A stretch of DNA of 64,000 bases from Candidatus Thorarchaeota archaeon (GCA_029855935.1 JAGSHN010000032.1:32001-96000), one strand, 5' to 3'; positions 9,713-20,077 are shown, numbered from the stretch's first letter. Translations and numbers: made by a program. Notes: a model not told the origin generated them from the letters alone.

Positions 9713-10480
9713 ATGGAGGAGTTGCGTTTCCTTGACCTTGAGACACACTCTGCAGCGATAAACATGGCCATAGACGAGGCGATAATGCGGTCGCTGCGTG
9801 ACGGTGCGGCAGTTCCCACCTTCAGGATATACAGATGGCAGCCCTCCGCTGTTTCCATCGGTGTCTTTCAAAGCATGCGCGAGGAGGTCAATCTCGACTA
9901 CTGCAAGACCTTTGGTATTGATGTCGTCAGGCGGATAACTGGTGGCGGTGCTGTCTATCACGACTATGATGGCGAGATCACCTACAGCGTCATCCTCCCT
10001 CAGGGTCATCGTCTGGCCCCTGCGGACATTCTCGAGTCCTATAAGTTGCTCTGCAAGGGCATAATTCTTGCACTCCGTCATCTCGGTATCAAGGCCGAGT
10101 TCCGCCCGGTCAACGACATCGTGACGGGTGGAAAGAAGATCTCGGGCAACGCCCAGACACGCAGGTTCTCGTGTCTGCTCCAGCACGGTACTACGCTTCT
10201 TGGCCTCGATGTCCGGAAGATGTTCTCCGTCCTTCGGGTGCCGCAGGAGAAGATCTCCGACAAGATGATAGATGATGTCAAGCAGCGGGTGACCTCCATC
10301 CGGGACGTTCTCGGCGAGATGGTGGGGATGACGGAACTCCGTGATGCCATAGTCGCTGGGTTCTCCGAGGCACTCAAAGTCGAGCTTGTCCCCGGAGCTC
10401 TATCCCGGACAGAGTGGGAGATGGCCAACACACTGGCGCGGGAGAAGTACTCGAGTGATGAATGGAACTTCAAGAGGTGA
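9713..10480 (+). CDS. lplA: Lipoate-protein ligase, catalytic subunit
   Basis: NMAIDEA, RRITGGGAVYHD, KKISGNAQ, LQHGT. Confidence 0.95.
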   Translation: MEELRFLDLETHSAAINMAIDEAIMRSLRDGAAVPTFRIYRWQPSAVSIGVFQSMREEVNLDYCKTFGIDVVRRITGGGAVYHDYDGEITYSVILPQGHRLAPADILESYKLLCKGIILALRHLGIKAEFRPVNDIVTGGKKISGNAQTRRFSCLLQHGTTLLGLDVRKMFSVLRVPQEKISDKMIDDVKQRVTSIRDVLGEMVGMTELRDAIVAGFSEALKVELVPGALSRTEWEMANTLAREKYSSDEWNFKR

Positions 10481-10484
10481 GGAC

Positions 10485-10781
10485 GTGTATAGGTCGGTCT
10501 ACAAGGTACCGGGCGGCAAGCTGTTGAAGGTACAGTTCGACGTTGCTGAAGGCCGTCTTACAAGTGTTCGTTTCACGGGCGACTTCTTTCTTCATCCGGA
10601 GGAGGCGCTGGAGGAGATTGAGTCGAGGCTTGTGGGCGTGGAGCCGGAGCCTGACCGCATCCGTTCAGTCGTTGAAGACGTGTTCAGAGAACGTAATGTC
10701 ACTGCCGTTGGCTGCGGTCCTGCCGACTTTGCGGAGGTCATAATTGACGCTCTGCAGCGGGGCCCGGCGGAGTCGGTCTGA
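10485..10781 (+). CDS. lplB: Lipoate-protein ligase accessory (C-terminal domain) subunit
   Basis: KVPGGKLL, FTGDFFLHPEE; GTG start after GGTGAGG. Confidence 0.85.
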   Translation: MYRSVYKVPGGKLLKVQFDVAEGRLTSVRFTGDFFLHPEEALEEIESRLVGVEPEPDRIRSVVEDVFRERNVTAVGCGPADFAEVIIDALQRGPAESV

Positions 10782-11006
10782 GGGCCGACCTTCTCCCTGC
10801 CGCGCTGAGGTGAGGCTGTCGGTCCTGTGCCTCGCCCAATGGCGGTTAACATCGGACATTCTTGTCTCGCAGCAGACCAAATCCTTCCTTACATGAGCTA
10901 ATCCGACAGGTATCGAATCGCCATGGCGTTTACCTGGGACCTAACAGGTCGTGTTTCCGCAGGCCAAAGCTTATTCTGGCCAACGGTTTGGGTAGAATTG
11001 ACTGCT

Positions 11007-11249
11007 ATGACCGATGCCAGATTCTACAATGACAAGATATACGTCCCCCGAAGTGTTCGCGAGAAACTTGGGCTAAGGAATGGCGACATAGTCCGATTTC
11101 AGACAACCAGCGAGGGCGAAGTGCGGCTTGTTATTCTGAGGAATAGTGAGGCGACACAACGGCTTCTCAAGCTGCTGGAGCACCCTCCAGACTTGGGAGC
11201 AATCAGGGGCGGACTGAGTTGGGCTGAGATCTATGAAAACGTTGCTTGA
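11007..11249 (+). CDS. vapB: AbrB/MazE-type antitoxin
   Basis: KIYVPRSVREKLGLRNGDIVRF; overlaps the PIN gene. Confidence 0.8.
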   Translation: MTDARFYNDKIYVPRSVREKLGLRNGDIVRFQTTSEGEVRLVILRNSEATQRLLKLLEHPPDLGAIRGGLSWAEIYENVA

Positions 11250-11688
11250 CACAAATCTGCTAGTTCACGCATTCAACGCATCGTCTCCACATCACGCGCG
11301 GGCCAAGAGAGTACTGCACGATGCTCTGGAGTCACGCATTGACGCATATGTCACCCCTCAAATCCTCTATGAGTTCTTTGCTGTTGTCACGGACTCACGC
11401 AGAGTGGAATGCCCTCTCTCCACTGAGGACGCAACCAAGATATGTACGGACCTCTGGGTTTCCCCTGCCATCACGATTCTCGAACCCCAGTCCGCGATAT
11501 CCCTGGATGTGTTTGAACTGGCCAATTCCCACGGATTGCGGGGGGCCGAGATACTTGACTGTGTCATAGCGGCGACAGCGCGGGCGTGTGGCATATCTCG
11601 TATCATTACCCAGAATGTCAAAGACTTTGCGAAGTTCGACTTCCTCGGTGTCGTGAATCCCTTTCACGACTGGGCCACCCTCCGGTAG
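11233..11688 (+). CDS. vapC: PIN-domain toxin
   Basis: LLDTNLLV, QILYEF, DCVIAATA, TQNVKDF. Confidence 0.9.
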   Translation: MKTLLDTNLLVHAFNASSPHHARAKRVLHDALESRIDAYVTPQILYEFFAVVTDSRRVECPLSTEDATKICTDLWVSPAITILEPQSAISLDVFELANSHGLRGAEILDCVIAATARACGISRIITQNVKDFAKFDFLGVVNPFHDWATLR

Positions 11689-11943
11689 GCGCAGCAAGGT
11701 TGTTTCCTGAAGGCCGACAACAGTCTATCTGAACTAGCCAAGGGATCTGATCTCATCTGCTGCTCTCTCTGGCGACGCCTAAGCGGGCCTTCCAAGGACT
11801 GGTTTCTCTTCTCAGAGGCAGTACCCGAAACGGCAGGTACTCGTCCAGTCGTAGATAGAAAGATATACGCAGACGCACATCTGCTGAGCGAGCTCTGCCT
11901 CTGTTTCCGGAGGAGTCGAGATCAAAGGACGGTGCACTGAAGA

Positions 11944-12933
11944 ATGGCTCTTAACGCCTATTTCACGATAGTTCTGCTGGCGATAGTCTTGTTTTTCATC
12001 GTGTGGGGTCTCGGGTGGCTCCTGGAGAGAATCTCGCGGGCTGCTCTAAAGACGACGCGCGAGATAGGCTCAAGGGGATGGAAACTTCTTGTGGGTCCCG
12101 GAGTTGCCCTTCACGAGTCCTCGCACGCGCTCGGCTGCATCTTCACGGGAACGAAGATCGTCGAGTTCAAGCCGCTGGCGGTACAAGAGACCGAAGACGG
12201 AATTGTTCTTGGGTACGTGTCTCATCAGAGGCCATCGAGTCCGCTGAAGGGTGCCGTCATAGGTCTGGCGCCCGTGGCAGTCTCGCTGGTTCTGTTGGTG
12301 TTCTTCGCACTAGGAGCGACGTACCTTGTTCCCAGTAGTCCGGGCATTGGCGGCAGAGCGCTGGAGCTATTGACTGATCTCATCGGGTTGAAGAATAACC
12401 CTGCGCTGCTCGCCGACCCACTGTACCCGGCCGTGAGGATATTCGAGTTTGTCTACCTCTTCCTGTACACCTTTGGTGCCCTCACGGTGATCAATCCGCT
12501 GTTCTGGATAGTGGCCTTCTTGGCGATGACGATAATGTTCAGCAACTCTCCCTCGGACGTTGACATTGAGAATGCATGGGCCGGACTGAAGATCATCCTC
12601 ATCTTCGATCTGATATGGCTGGTCATTGCGTTCTTCTATCCCCTAGCAGGATGGGCCCTCTACGGGCTGTTCGAGCTGCTGGCCGTGTTGTGGGCGCTGT
12701 CGCTGGGTTTTGCTGCCGTGGGCATTGGTTTCTTCATTCTGCTTGCAGGTCTGTCCAGAATCCGCTATCCCTACAACATTGTACCCATCGTGGTCTGCAT
12801 AGCGACTGGCATCGCGCTGATGTACGCTGGCATCGGTACGCCCACATTTCAGACGGTCGCGTCAATCGGTGCTCTCGTCGGAATGATACTCCTCCTGCTG
12901 GCTGTCAGGGGATCCCCCGAGCGGACAATCTGA
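11944..12933 (+). CDS. Membrane metalloprotease-like protein (M50B-like)
   Basis: PGVALHESSHAL (HExxH), LGYVSH, LAP, SPSDVD; many TM helices. Confidence 0.75.
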   Translation: MALNAYFTIVLLAIVLFFIVWGLGWLLERISRAALKTTREIGSRGWKLLVGPGVALHESSHALGCIFTGTKIVEFKPLAVQETEDGIVLGYVSHQRPSSPLKGAVIGLAPVAVSLVLLVFFALGATYLVPSSPGIGGRALELLTDLIGLKNNPALLADPLYPAVRIFEFVYLFLYTFGALTVINPLFWIVAFLAMTIMFSNSPSDVDIENAWAGLKIILIFDLIWLVIAFFYPLAGWALYGLFELLAVLWALSLGFAAVGIGFFILLAGLSRIRYPYNIVPIVVCIATGIALMYAGIGTPTFQTVASIGALVGMILLLLAVRGSPERTI

Positions 12934-12994
12934 GGCGGCTGAAGAAGAAGCGTGAACTCGCCGGGCCGCCTCGTCCTCCCCGGCCAACGTTCTC

Positions 12995-13870
12995 TCACAG
13001 GCTCTGCTCATATAGTATGAAATACCTGTTCTCGTACTCCTTGTCGACGTAGCCTAGGTATTTGGACCACTCCTTGGCTCTCTTGCCAAGAAACACGGCG
13101 ATCCTGTGGATGCCCCTCTGGGCACTCTCCTCAACCACCCGTGCCATCACGTCGACGAATGCTGTTCTGTCGATTGCGTACACGGTGTACGCAGCACGTC
13201 GCTGCTCTCCTCGCCCCACAACCCTGTAGAAATAGACAGCCTCTGGTGTGCCGTCCTCGCCAATCACCGCCCTGAACTCTGTCCTCTCTCCAAGCCTCTT
13301 CAACCCATCGACGCTCTTGTCCTCGAACATCCACGCAAGAGGGACCCTCTCTGTGTCAAGCAGGTCAGGATACTGGGTGCTGTAGTGGTACAGGCGCTCA
13401 GGAGAGATCGTCAGTGGCAGAATGTTCGGGCTCGGCGTAGGATGCGGCGGGTACGGGTGCTCGATCTTCAGATATCCCACCCGCGTGGCGATAGCGAAGC
13501 CTGTCTTCTCTGCCACACGCTGTGAGGCAACGTTCCTACTTCCTGTGGCGTATCTCAGGAGACGCAGGCCGCTGCGTCGGGCCTCACTCACAACGTGCTT
13601 GACGATCTGAGTGGCCAGTCCTTGCCCCTCATGTCTGGTACTGACTCGAAGTCCCTCGACCCAGGCGATGCCGGTCCCCGGGATGGACTCAAGCGCGCAG
13701 ATTGCCACGATGTCCTCTCCCTCGTCTATGCCATAGACGTGAGCGGTGGGGCTTCTGATCCAGAGTGGGAACTGATCTGGAACATAGTCATTGCCCTCCC
13801 AGATATCGGCGCAGAGTCTTCTCACTCTGCCGCGATCCTCGATGGTCAGTTCTCGTGGAGTGGCTGTCAT
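12995..13870 (-). CDS. GNAT acetyltransferase with C-terminal second domain
   Basis: WEGNDYVP, WVEGLRV...HEGQGLA, NVASQRVAEKTGF. Confidence 0.85.
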   Translation of the reverse strand: MTATPRELTIEDRGRVRRLCADIWEGNDYVPDQFPLWIRSPTAHVYGIDEGEDIVAICALESIPGTGIAWVEGLRVSTRHEGQGLATQIVKHVVSEARRSGLRLLRYATGSRNVASQRVAEKTGFAIATRVGYLKIEHPYPPHPTPSPNILPLTISPERLYHYSTQYPDLLDTERVPLAWMFEDKSVDGLKRLGERTEFRAVIGEDGTPEAVYFYRVVGRGEQRRAAYTVYAIDRTAFVDVMARVVEESAQRGIHRIAVFLGKRAKEWSKYLGYVDKEYENRYFILYEQSL

Positions 13871-13966
13871 CTCAACGGCTGACGTACACCCTGCAATAAG
13901 AACCGATTGTTCTGTGCCATCATCTCTGGCGACGGGCTCTCGGGGCGCGGTCTATCACGTCCGTAC

Positions 13967-14983
13967 TCATTCGTGTGTCCCCAACCCTATTCTTGCTCCG
14001 ATCCGTCTGTTGATGGCGACCTCCCCGATGTCCGCACAATATGATGCTATCCTCTCAAGGTGCATTAGCAATAGGACCATTCTCGGTGACTTCTCTCTTC
14101 TTGACGAGCCCATCTTCTCAAGCCTCTTCGCAAGGCTCTCAGCGCTCTCCAGCACTGCGATTGCTTTGTTGTCGCTGGTGGAGAGTGACTGCTCTCCACC
14201 ATCTCCGATGTCGAAGAACGTCCTCGTTGTGTTCTCGTAGACCTCAGTCAACGACTTTGCTACGCGGGCCACTGATGGCCGGACCGTCTTCATAGCCCTC
14301 AGCTCTGAGGCGGCACCGCAGACGTGATCGGCAATTCGCTCGACGTACTTGGCTGCCAGGCTGAAGTTGAGGCAGTCGGACGGGGAGATTGCTATTCTCT
14401 TGGCGTAGCTCAGGTCTTGAAGGGCGAGATGGCAGAGTCGCTCGACGAAGTACCTGTGACGGTCCACGTCTTCGTCCCGCGCGATGATCTTTGACGCAAT
14501 GCTGACCTCACCCGTGACCATCGCATTGACCAACCCGTTGAGCATGTACTTTGCTGTTGCGAACTGACGCTTGAGGATGGGCTTGACCATTTGTTTCTCG
14601 CTTGTGTCGCTCACCACGATACTGGCACTGTGTTCGTCGAGAATCTCAAACCCGGGCAGCCTCCTTATCCATCCGCTGATCTTCTCTCTCACGCCTATCG
14701 CGATTGGCTCCGGGAAGACGATGTTGACAGAGTCGGCCCCTATCACGTACGCGCCAGTCAGCAGGTTCTCAATGCGCGACGGATTGACATCCGGCGACGA
14801 TATTGTGAGTCCCCCTCCCTCGGTCTCGCGGACAGATGCTGGAAAGAGCATCAGCGCACCATCAGGGCCCTGTTCCATTCTGATCTCAGCGTTCTTGCTG
14901 AGCCTGTTTCTTCTGACCCACTCCCGCGGTAGGTACACATAGTAGGAGTTTCTCACGAGGTGAAGTCGCCTTGTCACTGTCAT
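13967..14983 (-). CDS. Phosphate uptake regulator (AbrB domain + PhoU repeats)
   Basis: RRLHLVRNSYYVYLPREWV AbrB domain; YVERIADH and LERIASY PhoU motifs; divergent from pstS. Confidence 0.9.
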   Translation of the reverse strand: MTVTRRLHLVRNSYYVYLPREWVRRNRLSKNAEIRMEQGPDGALMLFPASVRETEGGGLTISSPDVNPSRIENLLTGAYVIGADSVNIVFPEPIAIGVREKISGWIRRLPGFEILDEHSASIVVSDTSEKQMVKPILKRQFATAKYMLNGLVNAMVTGEVSIASKIIARDEDVDRHRYFVERLCHLALQDLSYAKRIAISPSDCLNFSLAAKYVERIADHVCGAASELRAMKTVRPSVARVAKSLTEVYENTTRTFFDIGDGGEQSLSTSDNKAIAVLESAESLAKRLEKMGSSRREKSPRMVLLLMHLERIASYCADIGEVAINRRIGARIGLGTHE

Positions 14984-15372
14984 CGGCGTATCTCCTCTTG
15001 GCGATTGTACTCGACTCGTCTCGGCCCGCACGCAGCAACGGGACGCTCCCTCCTGTCATCCGCCCCCTTTTCCCTTTTCCTATCCGTGGTGCAGTCCCCG
15101 CCACATGCCCGTACCAGCCGGCAGGTACGTGCTAGTGCACTCGCCGTACCATCCCCTCACCCGCCCTCCTCTGTGGCGTGGGCGTCCAAGTCGGCAACCA
15201 AGGCACGGGGCGCTGAAGCCTGACGCGCTCCCCGCTCGTACCGGTGCGCGTCTAGTACGTCTAGTACAAGCATGCCTTGGCAGTGAAGTGGATGCAGAGA
15301 GTTTAATACCTGCCTTTCCGGGGTCTGGACCCCAGAGTAGGGCCGTCTGTCGGTCCCGAGGATGGATAAGAG

Positions 15373-16419
15373 ATGGGACTGAAGACCACTTGCCTGGTGT
15401 TCGTTGCTGGGATAGTCCTTGGACTCGTCATAGGGCCTGTTGTGCTGGCGCCATCCTCCGGGGGTACTAGTCACACGATCACTACAGCAGGCTCGACGAC
15501 GGTGTTTCCGCTCTCGCAGGAGTGGGCGACGCACTTTCATGATGACCATCCGACGTTTACCGTCAGTCCCAACACCGGAGGTTCGGGACTTGGGCAGAGC
15601 CAGGTGGCGGCTGGTCTGGTCGATATCGGAGCATCGAGCTCGTATCCCGAGCCTGCCTACTGGGAGAATAATCCGCACGTCAAGATACTCCCAGTGTGCG
15701 CGGACGGTGTCGCGGTCGTTGCCAATCCGGCTGTGAACGGCACCGTCCTGAGGCTTGACTGCGACATGGTCGTCGCCATGTTCCAGCGCGAGGTCACGAC
15801 GTGGGAGGAGTTCGAGAGCACCTTTGGCGTGGAGATTCAGCAGACCGGTCCCATCAACGTGTACGTCCGTTCTGACGCCAGTGGGACCACGTCGACCTTT
15901 GCGCGCTGGCTGGAGACAGCCGACGAGAACACCAATCCCAACGGTGCTGAGTACGAGTGGACGCTGGGACATCACGAGTCGGTCTCGTGGCCAGAGGGCG
16001 TGAACTCCGTCGATGGTAATCCTGGGGTCGCACTTGGTGTGGCCGATGACCAGAACGGGATTGGCTATGTCGGACTGGCATTCATGGAGGGTCTGACGAC
16101 TGCGCAGTTGTACAACCCGTCAAGCGGGGAGTGGGTGTCTCCCTCGGTTCAGAACGTGCTGAACGCGGTGCCCGAGGAGATGAGTGACCCTGGTGTGGAT
16201 CTGATGAACGCACCAGCACACGACGCCTACCCCATTGCCCGTTTCCTGTACTATCTTGTCAACAGCGATCACCTGCGCTGGCCAGTACTGGTGTTTCTCG
16301 AGTGGGTGCTCGTCCGAGGGCAGGTCTATGTGCCCGATGTCGGGTACGTCCCTATCACGGGCAGTTCGGCTATGACATATGCGCAGCAGGTCGTCAGTTC
16401 ATTAAGCCCCACGGAGTGA
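15373..16419 (+). CDS. pstS: Phosphate ABC transporter substrate-binding protein
   Basis: AGSTTVFP, GGSGLG, RSDASGTT, YPIARFLY. Confidence 0.95.
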   Translation: MGLKTTCLVFVAGIVLGLVIGPVVLAPSSGGTSHTITTAGSTTVFPLSQEWATHFHDDHPTFTVSPNTGGSGLGQSQVAAGLVDIGASSSYPEPAYWENNPHVKILPVCADGVAVVANPAVNGTVLRLDCDMVVAMFQREVTTWEEFESTFGVEIQQTGPINVYVRSDASGTTSTFARWLETADENTNPNGAEYEWTLGHHESVSWPEGVNSVDGNPGVALGVADDQNGIGYVGLAFMEGLTTAQLYNPSSGEWVSPSVQNVLNAVPEEMSDPGVDLMNAPAHDAYPIARFLYYLVNSDHLRWPVLVFLEWVLVRGQVYVPDVGYVPITGSSAMTYAQQVVSSLSPTE

Positions 16420-16572
16420 TGTGGTTCTGAATGATGGAGCAGGAGACGCGCACTGAGATGGTGAAGAGTTGGTGCTCGCATACGATGGTGTCAGATGTTC
16501 TGGGTGCGAACAGACGGTTGCCGCGCTGGGCTGTGTCTCGGGCCCGGCCTGAGTTCGCCCGGAGGCGATGAG

Positions 16573-17598
16573 ATGGTAATGCCCACGATTAGAGAAACTC
16601 TTGCAGCGTGGTCGAGACAGATCTCTGAGAGATACGAGAGTCTGTCTATGCGGCTTCGACGTTTGAAGGACCCAGCACATGTCGACCTTGCTGGGCGAAT
16701 CGGCCTCTTCATCCCAGCGACAACGGCAATCCTCATCATAGTCTTGATTCTGACCTTCCTGTGGTATGAGTCGATGCCAATCCTCACCAGTGATGTGGGT
16801 GGCCCGGCCATCTTTCTCGAGCCGACTTGGGACCCCAACAGAGACCTCTTTGGCATCGGCGTCTTCATTGCCGGGTCGCTCGTCTGCACGGGAATTGCTC
16901 TCGGAGTCGCACTGCCTGTCGGAATCGGAGCCGCGATCTTCCTCAGCGAGTTCTGTCCGTCACATCTTAGGGACGTCCTTCGAATGATCATCGAGATGAT
17001 GGCAGCCGTGCCGTCAATCGTCTACGGTCTATGGGCCTACACGGTGATGGTGCCGTGGATTCGCGACTCGGTGTATCCTGCGGTGTCTTCGAATCCTCTG
17101 CTCGCGTGGGTGCCGTTCCTTCAGGGCCCGACGAACGGCTACAGCGCTCTGGCTGGGGGCCTCATCCTCGCCATAATGCTGCTTCCGACGGTTGTCAGTG
17201 TATCGGATGATGCGCTGAGGTCCGTGCCACGGTCGCTCAGGGAGGCCTCGCTGGCCCTTGGTGCCTCGGAGAGCGAGACAGCCTTGAAGGTCGTACTGAG
17301 GGCGGCGTTGCCGGGCGTGGGCGCAGCCATTGTTCTCTCGCTCGGACGCGCGGTCGGTGAGACAATGGCCGTGCTGATGGTGACGGGCAACTCGCTCACG
17401 ATTCCCTACTCGCTGTTTGACCCGTGCTATGTCATGACCAGCATAATCACGAATCAGCTGGGCTACGCCTTTGTCTTTCCGCTCTGGAGGTCCGCACTGT
17501 TCGCTGTCGCTCTGGTATTGATGCTGATGTCAATCTGTTTCACAGCGATAGCCAAGGTGCTGATCTGGAGAGGCACGCGGATAGGAGCAGTGGTCTGA
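16573..17598 (+). CDS. pstC: Phosphate ABC transporter permease
   Basis: AVPSIVYGLW, REASLALGA, GRAVGETMAV. Confidence 0.95.
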   Translation: MVMPTIRETLAAWSRQISERYESLSMRLRRLKDPAHVDLAGRIGLFIPATTAILIIVLILTFLWYESMPILTSDVGGPAIFLEPTWDPNRDLFGIGVFIAGSLVCTGIALGVALPVGIGAAIFLSEFCPSHLRDVLRMIIEMMAAVPSIVYGLWAYTVMVPWIRDSVYPAVSSNPLLAWVPFLQGPTNGYSALAGGLILAIMLLPTVVSVSDDALRSVPRSLREASLALGASESETALKVVLRAALPGVGAAIVLSLGRAVGETMAVLMVTGNSLTIPYSLFDPCYVMTSIITNQLGYAFVFPLWRSALFAVALVLMLMSICFTAIAKVLIWRGTRIGAVV

Positions 17599-17607
17599 GG
17601 TGATGGA

Positions 17608-18588
17608 GTGAACAGGACGGACGATGAACGGGAGAGAGAAGGGACGCAGGCAGGACGGCTCTGGACTGTTCTGTCAGAGGGCGGGACACGCCTTGTTGCG
17701 TTGGGCGGACGGGCACGAAGGCTGACACGCCGTGAGGTGAAGGACATAGTGTTCAAGTTGCTCGTGGCGCTGATGGTGCTGATCGTCGTGACACCTTTCT
17801 TCCTCCTTCTTGCGCGGCTGCTCTCTGTGGGCCTTCAGGACCTGGTGGGGTCGGGGCCCGGACAGGGCTGGGAACTGATAGCCACACTGCCTGGTGCTGC
17901 GCTCAGAGGCGGAGTACTCAATGCAATCGTCGGGACCACGGTTCTCGTCCTCGTTGCAACGGCAGTCGGAGTCCCCCTGAGCGTGATGGGTGCAGTGTAT
18001 ATCAATGAGTACTCCCGGCCGGGACGGGTTCGCACGGCAATCGAGTTCGGGGCCGACGTCCTCGCCGGGATCCCCTCAATAGTGTTCGGCGCCTTCGGAT
18101 TCACGTTCCTTGTGGCCTATCTCGGTCTCGGTCTGGGCGCTCTCACTGGTGGGTTGACGCTGGCCTTTATGATGATACCGACAGTGATGCGCACGACTCA
18201 GGAGGCGCTGAAGCAGGTGCCGTCTTCGCTGCGAGAGGCCTCTCTGGCTCTCGGTGCCACAAAGTGGGCGACCACTTGGCGGGTCACCGTCCGTGCTGCA
18301 CTGCCCGGGATAGTGACGGGAATTCTGCTTGCGGTAGGTCGTGTGATGGGCGAGACCGCTCCGCTGATCTTCACGACGGGCAACAATCTCGGGCTTCCGA
18401 CGGGCCTAGTGGGACCGGAGTCGTGGGTGGCATCGCTACCGTTCACAATCTGGTCGTACATTATGGACCCACGTCCGTATCTTCAGGTGCGTGCACACAG
18501 TGCTGCCCTTGTTCTTCTGATGATGGTCCTCATCGTGGACATCTTGGCCAACTACGCATCACGTCGCCTGACAAGGAGGATTGTCTGA
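17608..18588 (+). CDS. pstA: Phosphate ABC transporter permease
   Basis: GIPSIVFG, REASLALGATKW, RVMGETAPL. Confidence 0.95.
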   Translation: MNRTDDEREREGTQAGRLWTVLSEGGTRLVALGGRARRLTRREVKDIVFKLLVALMVLIVVTPFFLLLARLLSVGLQDLVGSGPGQGWELIATLPGAALRGGVLNAIVGTTVLVLVATAVGVPLSVMGAVYINEYSRPGRVRTAIEFGADVLAGIPSIVFGAFGFTFLVAYLGLGLGALTGGLTLAFMMIPTVMRTTQEALKQVPSSLREASLALGATKWATTWRVTVRAALPGIVTGILLAVGRVMGETAPLIFTTGNNLGLPTGLVGPESWVASLPFTIWSYIMDPRPYLQVRAHSAALVLLMMVLIVDILANYASRRLTRRIV

Positions 18589-19347
18589 GTGTACGAATAC
18601 AGGATAGAGGTAAAGGACCTAAACACGTGGTTCGGCGAGAAGCATGTGCTGAAGAACATAACGTGCTACTTCGAGGACAACTCTGTGACGGCCATAATGG
18701 GTCCCTCTGGCTGCGGAAAGAGCACACTCCTCAGGAGCATAAACCGGCTCAACGATCTCATCCCTGGTTTCCGACTGACCGGGCAGATCTTCTTTGCAGG
18801 GAGCAACATCTACGACCCGGACAGAAACGTTTACGAGCTCCGAAAGAGAATAGGAATGGTCTTTCAGAGGCCGAACCCGTTCCCGATGTCCATAAGGGAG
18901 AATCTCACCTTCGGTCCTCGTCTGCACGGCATAAAGGATGAGGACGAGCTTGAGCGTATTGTTGAGGACTCGCTACGCAAGGCCGCACTATGGGATGAGG
19001 TCAGAGATCAGCTCGACAGTCCAGCGGTCCATCTCTCAGGTGGTCAGCAGCAGCGTCTGTGTATTGCAAGGGCCCTCTCTGTCGATCCACCAGTGCTGTT
19101 GATGGACGAGCCTGTCTCAGCGCTTGACCCCATTAGCGCGGGAAAGATAGAGGACCTCATCGTACAATTGAAGAAGGAATACACGATAATCCTAGTGACC
19201 CATAACGTTCAACAGGCGTTCAGGGTCTCGGACCAGGCGGCCTTTCTATATATGGGCGAACTTGTGGAGTTCGACAAGACAAAGCGAATTGCCGTCGCGC
19301 CTGAGGACCCACGGACAGAGGCCTTCATAACAGGCAGAATAGGATAG
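18589..19347 (+). CDS. pstB: Phosphate ABC transporter ATP-binding protein
   Basis: [39 protein letters not shown]. Confidence 0.97.
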   Translation: MYEYRIEVKDLNTWFGEKHVLKNITCYFEDNSVTAIMGPSGCGKSTLLRSINRLNDLIPGFRLTGQIFFAGSNIYDPDRNVYELRKRIGMVFQRPNPFPMSIRENLTFGPRLHGIKDEDELERIVEDSLRKAALWDEVRDQLDSPAVHLSGGQQQRLCIARALSVDPPVLLMDEPVSALDPISAGKIEDLIVQLKKEYTIILVTHNVQQAFRVSDQAAFLYMGELVEFDKTKRIAVAPEDPRTEAFITGRIG

Positions 19348-19357
19348 GTGGAGACAG

Positions 19358-20050
19358 GTGAGAACGCAACTGGAGTTCTATATGGAGGAGATAAAGAATC
19401 GTGTCGCAAGGATGTACGAGCTGGCGAGCCACGCCTTCATGATGTCTATAGAGGCCTTCAAGGAATTAGATGTGGAGATGGCTCGTGAGGTACAGCGGAC
19501 GTCCGACGAGATAGAGGAGTTGGGCATCAAGATTGAGGACAACGTGTTTGAGACCATCGTCCGCCGCCAGCCTGTCGCTCGGGATCTGCGTGCCCTGGGC
19601 AGCTACAACTTCGTCTCGTTGCATCTATACCGAGTCGGTCGCTACGCGTACAAAGTGGCCCACATAGTCAAGCTTGCAAGTCAGCACGAACTGTCACACT
19701 ACAAGAAACTCGAGTCGATTCCGTATATGGCAGGGCTTGCCAAGAAGACACTTGACATTGCTATGCACGCTCTCCTTGAGGGCGACCTCTCGCAGATTGA
19801 CGAGCTGGAGAAGCTCGAGGCGTCGTCAGACAAGGAGACCGTGGCAATGTTCGAGGAGATAGTGGAGTATCTGAAGAAGATGACCGGCATAACAACGATG
19901 TCCCTGTTCTACGTCATCGTCGGACGCTACTGCGAGCGTGCTGCAGACCACGCCTTCTCAATCGCTGAGAGGGCCATCTATGTTCACACTGGCAAGAGAA
20001 GAAAACTCGGCCTTGCGTACAAGGGCTCGGCTGACCGTGGCCCGCACTGA
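19358..20050 (+). CDS. phoU: Phosphate transport system regulatory protein
   Basis: QPVARDLR, ERAADHA; last gene of the pst operon. Confidence 0.9.
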   Translation: MRTQLEFYMEEIKNRVARMYELASHAFMMSIEAFKELDVEMAREVQRTSDEIEELGIKIEDNVFETIVRRQPVARDLRALGSYNFVSLHLYRVGRYAYKVAHIVKLASQHELSHYKKLESIPYMAGLAKKTLDIAMHALLEGDLSQIDELEKLEASSDKETVAMFEEIVEYLKKMTGITTMSLFYVIVGRYCERAADHAFSIAERAIYVHTGKRRKLGLAYKGSADRGPH

Positions 20051-20077
20051 GGAGAGGAGCGGGAACACGACTGACCT

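Noticed and set aside
10868-11696. CGCAGCA direct repeat flanking vapBC as a target-site duplication
   Set aside because: A 7-bp GC-rich match is expected by chance; no terminal inverted repeats or transposase
11797-11850. Hairpin GACTGG...AGTACC-CGAAACGGCA-GGTACT...CCAGTC as a hammerhead ribozyme or SECIS
   Set aside because: No CUGANGA core or SECIS quartet, and no selenoprotein candidate nearby
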